A DNA stretch of 64,000 nt, taken from assembly GCA_009859145.1 (NCBI GenBank), contig VRVR01000048.1:177843-241842 (forward strand). Reading direction: 5' to 3'. Under the pieces are notes generated by a model, which was given only the letters and a program-made list of their open reading frames with translations, searched no databases and had not been told where the DNA came from. Made by a program: the position numbers and the translations under genes. This DNA is from Andalucia godoyi And28 (taxonomy: Eukaryota > Protista > Jakobida). Positions 19,881-29,543 of the stretch are shown here, piece by piece (the first letter of the stretch is position 1; each line of letters begins with the position of its first letter).

Positions 19881-20269
19881 GCATTTGCCGACTACCTTGA
19901 ATCCTTCCGTTGCCAGAAGAGGCGTGAGTGTTTTCTTTCGATCGGCAGTCAACACAGACATTTGAGAACGGCGGCGAGGAGTCAAACACTGATAACCCAA
20001 GAGCATGTCAGCAGAGATGAAGGGTCAAGGGAAGAGCTTGGCGGAATGCGGCGGGACTCGGCGGCATCAGGATCTGATGAGTGGCTGATGCAATCCAAGC
20101 ATCAAGCCTATAACAACCAATAAACCGAGTGTTGCTCCGAAGTCTCGAGTTTACTTTGTCCTCCGACTTTAGAGTGCAAGCGTTGCCGTTCAGAAGCTAC
20201 AAGGGGTACGTCCAAAGAGAAAGATAGATATATAGGTATATAGGTATATAGGTAGATAGACAGAGAAAG

Positions 20270-20315
<46 letters not shown>

Positions 20316-20316
<1 letters not shown>

Positions 20317-20807
20317 TGGTTGTCGTGTCTGCACCGCCGTTGCTGACACAGCGGAATGTACTGTCTGCGGTTGCCGGGGTATGCTTGTTCTTTTTGTTCT
20401 TGTACCACATGACAAGCTCTCCGACGCAGCGCGGACCTGTTAGGACATACGACGGCGGAGTCGACATTGTGCGGAGGAAGTCTCCGCCGACGAAACAAGA
20501 GCTGGGAAGAGCTGCGTGGATGCTGATGCACTCCATTGCTGGAAACTTCGATGACGAACCAACTGTAGAGCGAAGAGATGCGGCCCAGTCCTTCGTCAGA
20601 GGGCTCTTGGAGCTCTTTCCATGCTCGGTCTGCTCCGACGACTTCAAAGAGCGCATCCTCACCAAATACCCAATCGATGTTTCGTCAAGACGGGCGTTCT
20701 CTCTGTGGACGTGCAAAGTCCACAACGAAGTCAACGGCAAGCTCAACAAGCCCCTCGTGCCGTGCGAGCACTTTGACCGATTCTATCTCGGCATCGGGGA
20801 GCACTGA
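20316..20807 (+). CDS. Erv1/ALR-family FAD sulfhydryl oxidase with N-terminal signal anchor (Erv2-like)
   Basis: ELGRAAWMLMHSIA, FPCSVC (CxxC), WTCKVHNEVNGKLNKP; hydrophobic N-terminus. Confidence 0.92.
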
Positions 20808-21268
20808 AAAGCAGCACCCGTCCACCTCCTCCCCACAATGCCGAGACGCCCCTCTCTTGCCCGTGTCTTGTTCGCAGAAACTCCTTTTTTCTCTTATCTT
20901 TTCCTTCCTCGAGGCCGAGTGGCAGTTCCCACCTGCTGTATCGCCACGGTCCCTCCCCCAAGTGGCTTCCGTAATTAGCCGTTTGTTAAAGCGGAAAAGG
21001 AAAGGAAAAGGAGATGCGACAAAAGAAAATGTCCGGCAGTCCCAACCCTTGCCTAGGGTTTCCGCACATGCATGCCTACGTCCCCCTCTCTCTGTAAAAA
21101 AGCCAGGGGTAGGAAACACGACGATAATTCAAAAGGATTTTTCTCTCTTCTTCTGTTGTTTTCGATTTTATTTTTTATATTTTCTTTTTTCTTTGAGCAA
21201 AAGTGTTCTTTGATACGTACTTTTGCCGTCGGTGCTCTGCAGATCCTTTCCAAGATTGAATAGACGAA

Positions 21269-22406
21269 ATGAGCTCCAACATCAAGGCACTCCAGATTAC
21301 CGAAGATGATGCCCAGCGCATGCTTGCATCGCAGGTCCACCTTGGATCGAAGAACGTGAACCCGGACATGGCACGCTACATCTACTCTCGCCGCGGAGAT
21401 GGAGTGCACGTCTTCCACCTTGCGCGTACTTGGGAGAAGCTCTTGCTTGCCGCCCGCATCATTGTCGCCATCGAGAACCCCGCCGAAATCGCAGTTGTCT
21501 CGTCGCGTGCGTACGGCCAGCGTGCAATCCTGAAGTTCGCAGCACACACTGGTGCCACCGCCATCACCGGCCGCTTCACCCCGGGTACCTTCACGAATCA
21601 GATCCAGAAGCGATTCGTCGAGCCCCGTCTGCTGATCGTCACTGATCCTCGTACTGACCACCAGGTATGTTTTTCGCCTTTCGCCTTTCTCCTTTCTCCT
21701 TTCGGCTTTATGCCTTTTCTTTCTTTTTCTTCCAATCCCGCTTTTTTCTTCTTTTGATCGAGATGCAGCTCTTTTCAGGGAGAGAGATTGGGGGAAATAA
21801 TGTGATGCATCCAATTTTGCACGTTAGGGCGATTTCTCCATGAGCACTACACCAAGATCTCTGATTTGTTTCCCGTTCTCTCCTTTTGTTGCATTCATTT
21901 CTCTCGCGCTGTCTTTTCTGTTGACTGCTGAAGAAAAAAGTATTGAACATGTTTACTGATTCTTTTTTTTAAAAATCATTGTTTGCTTCTGTTCTTAGCC
22001 GATCACTGAAGCCTCGTACTGCAACATCCCGACCATTGCCTTTGCCGATGCAGACTCGCCATTGCGCTTTGTCGACGTTGCGATCCCGTGCAACAACAAG
22101 GGTAAGTTCTCCATTGCACTTGTCTACTGGCTCCTTGCCCGTGAGGTTCTCCGTCTCCGAGGACAGATCCTCCGCTCCGTTCCTTGGGACGTGAAGGTTG
22201 ATCTCTTCTTCTACCGTGATCCGGAGGAGGCCGAGGCACAGTCCAAGAAGGCCATTGAGGGCCAGACTGCCGAGGAACAGCTCGAGGAGGAGGCCGCCGC
22301 CGCCGCCGATGAGTGGGCAGACAAGGTTGGGGCCTCGGAATGGGCTGAGCCTGAGGGTGTTGCCGGAGAATCGTGGGCAAACGACGAGACTGCAGCCCAG
22401 AACTAA
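21269..22406 (+). CDS. RPSA: 40S ribosomal protein SA (uS2), 2 exons: 21269-21664 and 21999-22406
   Basis: [29 protein letters not shown]. Splicing joins DPRTDHQ to [14 protein letters not shown] in frame. Acidic C-tail. Confidence 0.98.
21665..21998 (+). other. Spliceosomal intron (334 bp)
   Basis: GTATGT donor, TACTGAT branch-like site near 21954, TTAG acceptor; removal restores the RPSA frame. Confidence 0.95.
21791..21874 (+). ncRNA. Intronic box C/D snoRNA, U24/SNORD24-like
   Basis: Box C GTGATGC (21802-21808), box D CTGA (21861-21864), terminal stem GGGAAATAA/TTGTTTCCC. The 11-nt guide CACCAAGATCT abutting box D is complementary to conserved LSU rRNA AGAUCUUGGUG. Confidence 0.85.
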
Positions 22407-22554
22407 AAGGTGTTCAGTCGTCTTTTTTTGTTTTTGTTTTGCGTATCTGTATTGCTCTTGGTGTAAAAGAAAAGGAAAAAAAAAAAAAAAGGAATGAGAA
22501 AAGAATTGCAAGATTGTAATTTCAGTTTCGCATCTTTTCTTCTTTCGGTTTATC

Positions 22555-24144
22555 TCATGCCAGAAGGTCTTTTGCAAACGTCTCATCAGCAAGCTGCACC
22601 TTGAACTTTGCGAGATCTACCAACTGTTTCACAGCCGAGATCTCAGCGCGTCTCCGAGACAGCGCAGATTCTGCTTCAGCAACTCTCCTCTTCGCAGCCA
22701 GCGTCTCACTCCGGGACTTGACTCGAATGTCATCATAGCATCTGGTCAGCGCGGCATGCTGCTCTGTACTTTCTGGTGTTGGCAGCTCCTTACCTTCTGC
22801 CAGCATGGCTGCGTACTCTGCGGCAGTTGCAGCAAGCTTGTTGTGCGATGGATGGGTTTCTGTCGCCGGTGGAGACAGTGGTGTGTAGGCCTCCATGGCC
22901 GCTGCTTGCGCGGTCGCAGCATTCGCCGCCATTGCTGCAATGTTGGATGAAGAAGCCGATGCCGTCAGGGTTGGTCCCGATGACGGAATCACCGCCATTC
23001 CGAATCCATGGTGCTGCTGCAGCATCGGAATCGGCACGCCCATGGTCATTGGAATTGGCAAGTGCACAGGGATTGGCATTGGCACTGGCATGGACATGGG
23101 GACGGGAACGGGAATCGGCACAGAAACCGATTGCACACCAGACGCAGGGATTCTGAATGGGTTGGCTCCAGTACCAGAACCACTGCTGCTGCTGCTGTTG
23201 CCACTCACAACCGTGTTATTCGGGGACGTAGCCACCGACTCGGCAAGGTTTCCAGAACTGCTGGTCATTGGAATTCCCAGCAAGGAAGACAGCGTTACTG
23301 TCCCCGAGCCAGATGGTGGGAGTCCAGTTGGACCTGCAGTGGAGACAGAAGCGGAGCCAGCCGCAGCCCCTGATGCGGCAGCAGAGGCTGCGGACGGCGC
23401 CGGGACAGCGGCTGTCGAGCTTGGAATGGGCTGGCTAAAAAATGGATTGGATGCAGAGCTATAGGCCGCCGTGGAGGACAACGGAGTGCTGGGAGCCGAC
23501 AATCCGAGCGACGACGACGACGACGACGACGAAGAAGAAGAAGAGGAAGTGGGTCCATACAAAGAAGCCTCGGATCGATCTCGATCTCGATCTCGATCAC
23601 GGTCTCGGTCGCGATCTCGGTTATGATGATGTGAGTAATGGGAAGAAGAGTGGTAATCACGATCGTACCTGTGATCTCTGTCGTATCTGCCTCCATGGTG
23701 TCCATGGTCTCGATAGTGGTAGTCGCGGTCCCGAGAGTCGCGATAGTCACCGCGGTCTCTGTCTCTATAATCACGATAATCGCGGTCTCTGTCTCTATCT
23801 CGGTCGCGGTCGCGATAGAACAATGACGACCCAGCGTGCCCATCTTTGTTCGCTGCGCTCAAGCTTGAAGCAGACGGCTGAGCAGAAGCATTCGACGCAG
23901 ACAGTCCACTCGCAGTCGCAGTCGCAGTCGCAGTCCCACTCCCAGTAGCACTCGCAGAACCACCAGCTGTCGTCACGACGGCCGTAGAAGGAGTCGAAGC
24001 AGTCCCAAGTGCCGTAGTTGCACTGCTTGGAGCGGTGCTCACATTCGACGACGCGGTGGACGGAGGATGATCGCGTGCATAGTAAGGACGGTCTCTGCTG
24101 TCTCTACTGTCTCTGTGGTCACGAAACTCCCGATCTCTCTCCAT
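22555..24144 (-). CDS. Hypothetical low-complexity protein (RD dipeptide tracts, Ser/Ala-rich, C-terminal coiled coil)
   Basis: 529-aa ATG-initiated ORF between other genes; RD repeats, poly-S, amphipathic helical C-terminus. Confidence 0.7.
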   Translation of the reverse strand: MERDREFRDHRDSRDSRDRPYYARDHPPSTASSNVSTAPSSATTALGTASTPSTAVVTTAGGSASATGSGTATATATASGLSASNASAQPSASSLSAANKDGHAGSSLFYRDRDRDRDRDRDYRDYRDRDRGDYRDSRDRDYHYRDHGHHGGRYDRDHRYDRDYHSSSHYSHHHNRDRDRDRDRDRDRDRSEASLYGPTSSSSSSSSSSSSSLGLSAPSTPLSSTAAYSSASNPFFSQPIPSSTAAVPAPSAASAAASGAAAGSASVSTAGPTGLPPSGSGTVTLSSLLGIPMTSSSGNLAESVATSPNNTVVSGNSSSSSGSGTGANPFRIPASGVQSVSVPIPVPVPMSMPVPMPIPVHLPIPMTMGVPIPMLQQHHGFGMAVIPSSGPTLTASASSSNIAAMAANAATAQAAAMEAYTPLSPPATETHPSHNKLAATAAEYAAMLAEGKELPTPESTEQHAALTRCYDDIRVKSRSETLAAKRRVAEAESALSRRRAEISAVKQLVDLAKFKVQLADETFAKDLLA

Positions 24145-24487
24145 TCCAATATCTTCCCTAACAAACTCTCACAGAACCAAAAGCAAAACACAAAAGCAAA
24201 AGCAAAACACAAAAGCAAAACAAAACACAAACAGAAACGACAGAAATTAGGAGAAAAAAAGGGGGGTCGGTGTCGACAGATTTCGACGATCGCTCTTTTT
24301 GTTTTGGGTTCTGAAACTTTTGCTGTGAACTACAGTAGGCACAGCACAGAAGCGCAGAAGGACAAGCCGAGGATGGTTTGAGCGTCGACCAGTTCTCGTG
24401 TGCCGTTGTTAAAAATTGAAAGAAGACTTTGATGCTGGTGGTTGTTTGCGGATTATCCAAAAGGAAGAGAAAAAAGAGAGGGGAGAA

Positions 24488-24978
24488 ATGACGATGAAGC
24501 TCTCGAGTCTGTTTTCGCAGTCTGCGCTGGACGGATCGCGGACGTTTTCGCTCTTTGGCGATGCTGGTGAGAATACGGACTTTGGGAGGCACGGGCTTCG
24601 AGAGGCGGAGGCACAGGGAATGAAGGGAGTAGAGGAGGTGGCGGTGAGGAAGGCGGATCATGGAGTGAAGCCGATTGCATATCTGGAGCCGTCGAGCGTG
24701 TTCTTCCGCACGATTTCTGTTCCGTACCCAACACTCGACAAGTTCGAATTGCTAACGCCGGACGTCGCAAGGTATGTTCATCTCTGTCTTTTTATAGTTT
24801 GCACCGTCATTACCTTTTTCGTTTATTAATGATTATGTTGTTGTTGGTTTGGTGTGCGGGGGGCAGGTCGGAATTGAATCGGTTTGCGAGAAAGCTGAAG
24901 AGGGATCGCATGATGGAAATCAAGAGGTTGCATCGACAAGCTGTGAAGCGGTCTTCCAGGCAAAAGGCCGAACGATGA
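24488..24978 (+). CDS. Small hypothetical protein, 2 exons (24488-24771, 24867-24978)
   Basis: GTATGT...GCAG 95-bp intron with the same donor as the RPSA intron. Splicing gives ...TPDVAR|SELNRFARKLKRDRMMEIKRLHRQAVKRSSRQKAER*. Confidence 0.65.
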
Positions 24979-25150
24979 CCAGTCTAGCCTCCCAGTCTTC
25001 GTTCATCAATGTCATCCATTCGTCACTCTCATCCATGTACATCCACACAAACCCCCACTGTCTCACACACGCATTCGGCACTGTCTTCACATAGCAATAA
25101 ACACATGTTTTCATTTTGCATATTTAAAATTTATAATAAATAAATATAAG

Positions 25151-25225
25151 CATATACATACATACACATACATACACATACATACACATACATACACATA
25201 CATACACATACATACACATACATAC
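25151..25225. repeat. (CATACACATA)n tandem repeat, ~7 copies
   Basis: Directly visible 10-bp unit. Confidence 0.95.
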
Positions 25226-25432
25226 GTATATATATAAAGAAGCTGCTTTTTGTGAGCTGTTGTTTTTCTGGAAGGAAACTTCAACCATCAGCATTTTCCA
25301 AGGATTTTTTAATGCAAGTTTTTCCGTTGGTTCGGGTTTTCACTGTTTGCGTGGTTTTCTTTTCCCCAGTTGATTTTGCACGAACGAACGAACGGACGAA
25401 CGAACGGACGGAGACTCGGTGCTTGAGCAAGG

Positions 25433-26842
25433 ATGTGGCGAGGGCGTATGTTTCTTCGGTCTCAAGTGCTTTGGCACGCACACCACGATGCACGGCTTCT
25501 TTCTTTACAGATGTCCGCAGCACGGCCAGCGACGGTACGAACATGCCGGTTCTTCTCTTCGTCGGCGGCGGGTTCTTCGTCACTGGCTGTGCTTTCAACG
25601 GGACTAAAGTGTCCTGGATGCGGAGCGATGATGCAAAACTCGGATTCTGCAGCACCGGGGTATGCTCCACCTGGGAGGGAGTCGACGTGCCAGAGATGCT
25701 ATCAGATGCTCCATTACGGGAAGCACACGCACCGGTTTCCAGTCCAAAAACAAGAATTCGAGACGCATTTGGCTCGATTGAAAAGATCCAAGCGATCGTC
25801 TGTGGTTGTCCACACTGTAGACCTGGTCGACTGCGAAGGGTCTCTGATACCGTACCTCAAAGACCTGGTTGGAGACCGCAACCCCGTGTACTTTGTCGCG
25901 ACGAAGCTCGACGTGTTGCCGAGCCGCAATCGAGGCGAGTATTCGAATCGCATATCGACGTGGTTCAAGCACCGTGTGCAAGACCTGTTTCCTTCCTTTT
26001 CAGAGGACACGGATCGAACGTTTGTGGTTTCTGGACAGTCTGGCGAAGGTGTGCACGAGGCCTTGTTTCCTGCTCTCAAGAGATTCAGACGGGAGTGCGA
26101 GGATGGACCGTCCGATGTCGTGGTTGTGGGAACGACAAACTCGGGCAAAAGCACACTGGTGAACCATCTTGCGTCTGTCTTCGATACGTTTGCAAGCGCG
26201 CGCGAAGACCAGTCGTGGACCCAGTATGACGATCCCAAAACACCTGGGACGGGATTTGTCAAGTCCACAGTCTCTGCACTGCCGTCCACTACTCTGAGTC
26301 TCGTCTCCAAACCAATCCCGAAGCGAATCGGTGGAGGCTTCCTGATCGACACTCCTGGGCTTGAGCGCCGCGACTTCCTGGACTCTGCGATTTCCGTCGA
26401 CGACTGGGCCAAACTCTGCGTCAACAAGAAATTGGTTCCGCGCTCGTTTCATCTTGGTCCGGGCTCCGCACTTCAAATCGGGCGATATCTCAGACTGATG
26501 CACGTCCAAGGGCCAGAGTGCATGTTTGTGCTTATGGCGGCCCCTGCTCTGCAAGGAACGCTTGTCAAGCCCGAAGATCCAAGGAAGGCTGCTGCTGCTG
26601 CTGTCGGCTCCGTGGACGTCGGTGGAGCTGCAAAGGAACCCATTACCGAGTGCGAGCTTGTGGTTGAAGGCTCAGGAAGTCCTGTTATCGCAGCCTCCGA
26701 CATTGCCATCCCAGGCATCGGATGGATATCCGTTGTCTGTCACAGTCCAGTGCGCGTTGCCTGCGAATCCAGGTTCGGAATTCGTCCTGTCGTCCGCGAA
26801 TCTCTGACTCCTTTCGCCTCGACCTCCTCCAAGAAGACTTGA
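25433..26842 (+). CDS. Circularly permuted GTPase, YqeH/NOA1/Gep3 family (mitoribosome assembly)
   Basis: Presequence-like N-terminus; CPGCG...CQRC zinc finger; G4 TKLD before G1 GTTNSGKST and G3 DTPG. Confidence 0.9.
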   Translation: MWRGRMFLRSQVLWHAHHDARLLSLQMSAARPATVRTCRFFSSSAAGSSSLAVLSTGLKCPGCGAMMQNSDSAAPGYAPPGRESTCQRCYQMLHYGKHTHRFPVQKQEFETHLARLKRSKRSSVVVHTVDLVDCEGSLIPYLKDLVGDRNPVYFVATKLDVLPSRNRGEYSNRISTWFKHRVQDLFPSFSEDTDRTFVVSGQSGEGVHEALFPALKRFRRECEDGPSDVVVVGTTNSGKSTLVNHLASVFDTFASAREDQSWTQYDDPKTPGTGFVKSTVSALPSTTLSLVSKPIPKRIGGGFLIDTPGLERRDFLDSAISVDDWAKLCVNKKLVPRSFHLGPGSALQIGRYLRLMHVQGPECMFVLMAAPALQGTLVKPEDPRKAAAAAVGSVDVGGAAKEPITECELVVEGSGSPVIAASDIAIPGIGWISVVCHSPVRVACESRFGIRPVVRESLTPFASTSSKKT

Positions 26843-27044
26843 AATCTCTAAACGCTCTCGCGGAGTCGCATGAGCATGTCTGCAATTGAAGTTACTGAAT
26901 GTCGCCACCCTTGCCCGTAGGAAGAATGCATCGGTCCGCTGTCGCCGCGTCCTAGCATCGTAAAGCAGCCCCGTGGGAAGACGCCCCCAACCAGCAAGAT
27001 ACCTAGAAGCCCCAGCGATTCGCGCTGTCGTAGTCAGCAAGCAG

Positions 27045-27054
27045 CGATTGGTTC
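27045..27054 (-). promoter_or_regulatory. CCAAT box (GAACCAATCG) ~190 bp upstream of the MORN gene
   Basis: Matches the NF-Y-type consensus; an identical 10-mer occurs at 33887-33896. Confidence 0.4.
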
Positions 27055-27239
27055 AATTGATGCAGGAAAAAAAATCAGCCGTTTCTTCCCGCAAAAAGCC
27101 TGCCTTTTTTCTATATGTTGAGAAAAGTTCTTTGATAGCTATTGCTTAATAGTTTGATTTAATTTAAAAACAAAACAAACAGAACAAAGCAGACAAACAA
27201 AAAAGACATCGTTCTGAGAGTAGAGTCGTGAGGTGTGTG

Positions 27240-28862
27240 ATGGCAGCGGAACCAGATAGAGTAGCGTCCAAGCACGTTCGATATCCGAATTCTGATGTTC
27301 CCTTTATATACTGGCGCGGAGTGTCGCAGACGAGGTATGTGAACCGCAACGACATTTTGTTTAATCGACCTGGGACGTTTATTCTGAAGCTGAAGGATCC
27401 GTACGGGCAGTATCAGACGCGGATGGTGTATGAAGGCGGTGTGAAGGTATGGGAGGCTGGCGGCCGGTGGGTGTTCCGGCAGCAGCAGGCAGTTCGTGAG
27501 GGGACGTGGAAGGACTCGTTGCGGAATGCAGAACTGTTCATGACAAGTGGTGGGACCGAGGGGAACGCTGCTACTGGTGAGCGACTGTACTTCTTATCGC
27601 AAATCATGGTTCCTCATGGACAGGGGGTGCTGAAGAGGGCGGACGGGAGTGTGGTGTACGAGGGTTCCTGGAAAGACGGCAATCGCGATGGGTCTGGAGA
27701 CGGGGAGTACGAGGACGGGAGGTACTTTGGGGAGTGGAGTGGGGGGTCCAAGGACGGAGACGGGGTGTATACTGCGCGGACGGGGGAGACAGTGTCGGGT
27801 AAGTGGGTGGAGGACTTGGTGTTTGATGCACAGGGGACCTTGCGGAAGAAGGACGGCGAAGTCTGGAAAGGCGAGTGGAGGTCTGCGTACTTTAAAGGTA
27901 TTGTCGTGTATGCTTCCGGAGACAAGTACGAAGGCGAGGTGACGCCCCCGCGATGGATTCACGCTGCATCGGGTTTGCAAGCAAGTCCAAATGCTATTGG
28001 ACTGGGTGCGGCTGGACAGAGTGCAGGGAGTGGAAACTCTGCGGCTGCGCTGGTTCTTTTGCAACAGCAGATCCAGGGTCTGCAACTGAGCGCGCTGAAC
28101 AATGCGGCAAGCGGCTCTGGTGGCGGTGCAGGTGGGTCTTCGCAGAGTGCCGTGATTACTCAGGCCATGAGCGGCGGGCTGAATCCGTCCGAGGATGAAT
28201 CAGAGTTGTTGCAGATGACTCGGTCGATTTGGGACCGGGTCTTGATTCCAGGGTCGCGGCAAGGGCCTGGAAAGGAGACGCTTGTGACGGGAGGAACATA
28301 TGTTGGGTACTGGCAAGACGGGAAGCGTCATGGGTTTGGCACATTCCAGTGGCCCGATAAGAACACCGACCAGCTGTTCTACAGCTTCGGCAACCTGCTG
28401 CACATGCGGTCCGCAGCATATGCGGGTGGAGGAAGTGGTGGAGGCGCATCATCAGGACCAGGATCAGGGGCTGGAGACTCCGGGGTGAACTCGGCGACGG
28501 TCGATGTCCTGTCGAGAGAAATGGAGGTGTTGCGGGCCGAGAAGAAGCACTATGCAGAGGAGGCACAGTCGATGATGTCGAAGCACCGTGAGAATCTGGA
28601 GCGCATGGCTGCGCTTGAGCGGGATCTGTTGGTGATGCAGGCGGAAAGAGACACGCTTCGAAAACAGCTCGATGAAGAAACGACAAAGAGATCCTCGGAA
28701 GAGCACAGACGAAAGGCTGCCGAGGTGTTTATTGAGCGGCTCGATGAGGAAATGAAGAATCTCCAGCAGGTGCAGCAGCGACGAATCCAGGCGCGGCTGG
28801 ACGAAGCCAGACGAAGCATGGACCTCTCCAACGGCTCGAGTTATTCGTTCCAGCCCGACTAG
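27240..28862 (+). CDS. MORN-repeat protein with C-terminal coiled coil
   Basis: YEGSWKDGNRDGSG, YFGEWSGGSKDGDG and YVGYWQDGKRHGFG repeats; heptad-rich tail. Confidence 0.85.
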   Translation: MAAEPDRVASKHVRYPNSDVPFIYWRGVSQTRYVNRNDILFNRPGTFILKLKDPYGQYQTRMVYEGGVKVWEAGGRWVFRQQQAVREGTWKDSLRNAELFMTSGGTEGNAATGERLYFLSQIMVPHGQGVLKRADGSVVYEGSWKDGNRDGSGDGEYEDGRYFGEWSGGSKDGDGVYTARTGETVSGKWVEDLVFDAQGTLRKKDGEVWKGEWRSAYFKGIVVYASGDKYEGEVTPPRWIHAASGLQASPNAIGLGAAGQSAGSGNSAAALVLLQQQIQGLQLSALNNAASGSGGGAGGSSQSAVITQAMSGGLNPSEDESELLQMTRSIWDRVLIPGSRQGPGKETLVTGGTYVGYWQDGKRHGFGTFQWPDKNTDQLFYSFGNLLHMRSAAYAGGGSGGGASSGPGSGAGDSGVNSATVDVLSREMEVLRAEKKHYAEEAQSMMSKHRENLERMAALERDLLVMQAERDTLRKQLDEETTKRSSEEHRRKAAEVFIERLDEEMKNLQQVQQRRIQARLDEARRSMDLSNGSSYSFQPD

Positions 28863-29108
28863 CCGTGACTGCAGGAGTTTGTGTGTGCAATATGCTAACT
28901 TTCCCGGTAAAGCGATGAATTAATATATTGTTAAAAAGGGGCTTCCAGAACCGCCTAGGCATCTGATTGAACGGTAATCAGTCGGATGGTGTGTGCTGTC
29001 GTGCATGAAAGCGACTAACCTCGTCAGAAAACACAGAGTCATAGAACGAAGCCTTGCGTGGAAAACGAAAAGGGAAGATTCTGATAGGTGGTTTTCATCT
29101 GCGGCTTG

Positions 29109-29228
29109 TCGGCATCGGCATCGGCATCGGCATCGGCATCGGCAATGTGTGAAGGAAGAAAGAAATAAGCCAAGATAGATAAATAAAATCAAAGAATCAA
29201 AGAATCAAAGAATCGAAGAATCAAAGAA
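29109..29228. repeat. (TCGGCA)n and (AAAGAATC)n short tandem repeats
   Basis: Directly visible at ~29109-29144 and ~29191-29228. Confidence 0.85.
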
Positions 29229-29543
29229 GGAAAAAAGGCGGAGTTTTTTTAAAATGTGGGAGCGGGAATTTAATCCGAAAAAGGAATTGTTGTTTGGGAA
29301 AGAATACTGGCTTGATGCTAGCTGTCTCAAAACCGACAAGAGTGGGTTAGTGGGACGAGAACGTGTGCACTTTTATTATCATCGTAATAATTGTGATAAT
29401 TACAATAATTACAGTTATAACAGTTATTACAGTTATTACTACTACCATTATTATAGTAATTATAGTAATTATTATTATTATTAAAAAGAAGAGACCAGGC
29501 TGCGTGAAGAACGTTGAGTGAGTGTCGTTTTTTTCAAAGAGCG

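Noticed and set aside
20102-20110. TCAAGCCTA as right TIR of the decayed hAT, with reverse complement TAGGCTTGA near 41727
   Set aside because: A 9-bp match is expected by chance, the two are 21 kb apart in the wrong arrangement, and there is no TSD
29367-29483. AT-rich repeat array as a CRISPR-like structure
   Set aside because: Degenerate trinucleotide microsatellite with no repeat-spacer periodicity; eukaryotic context
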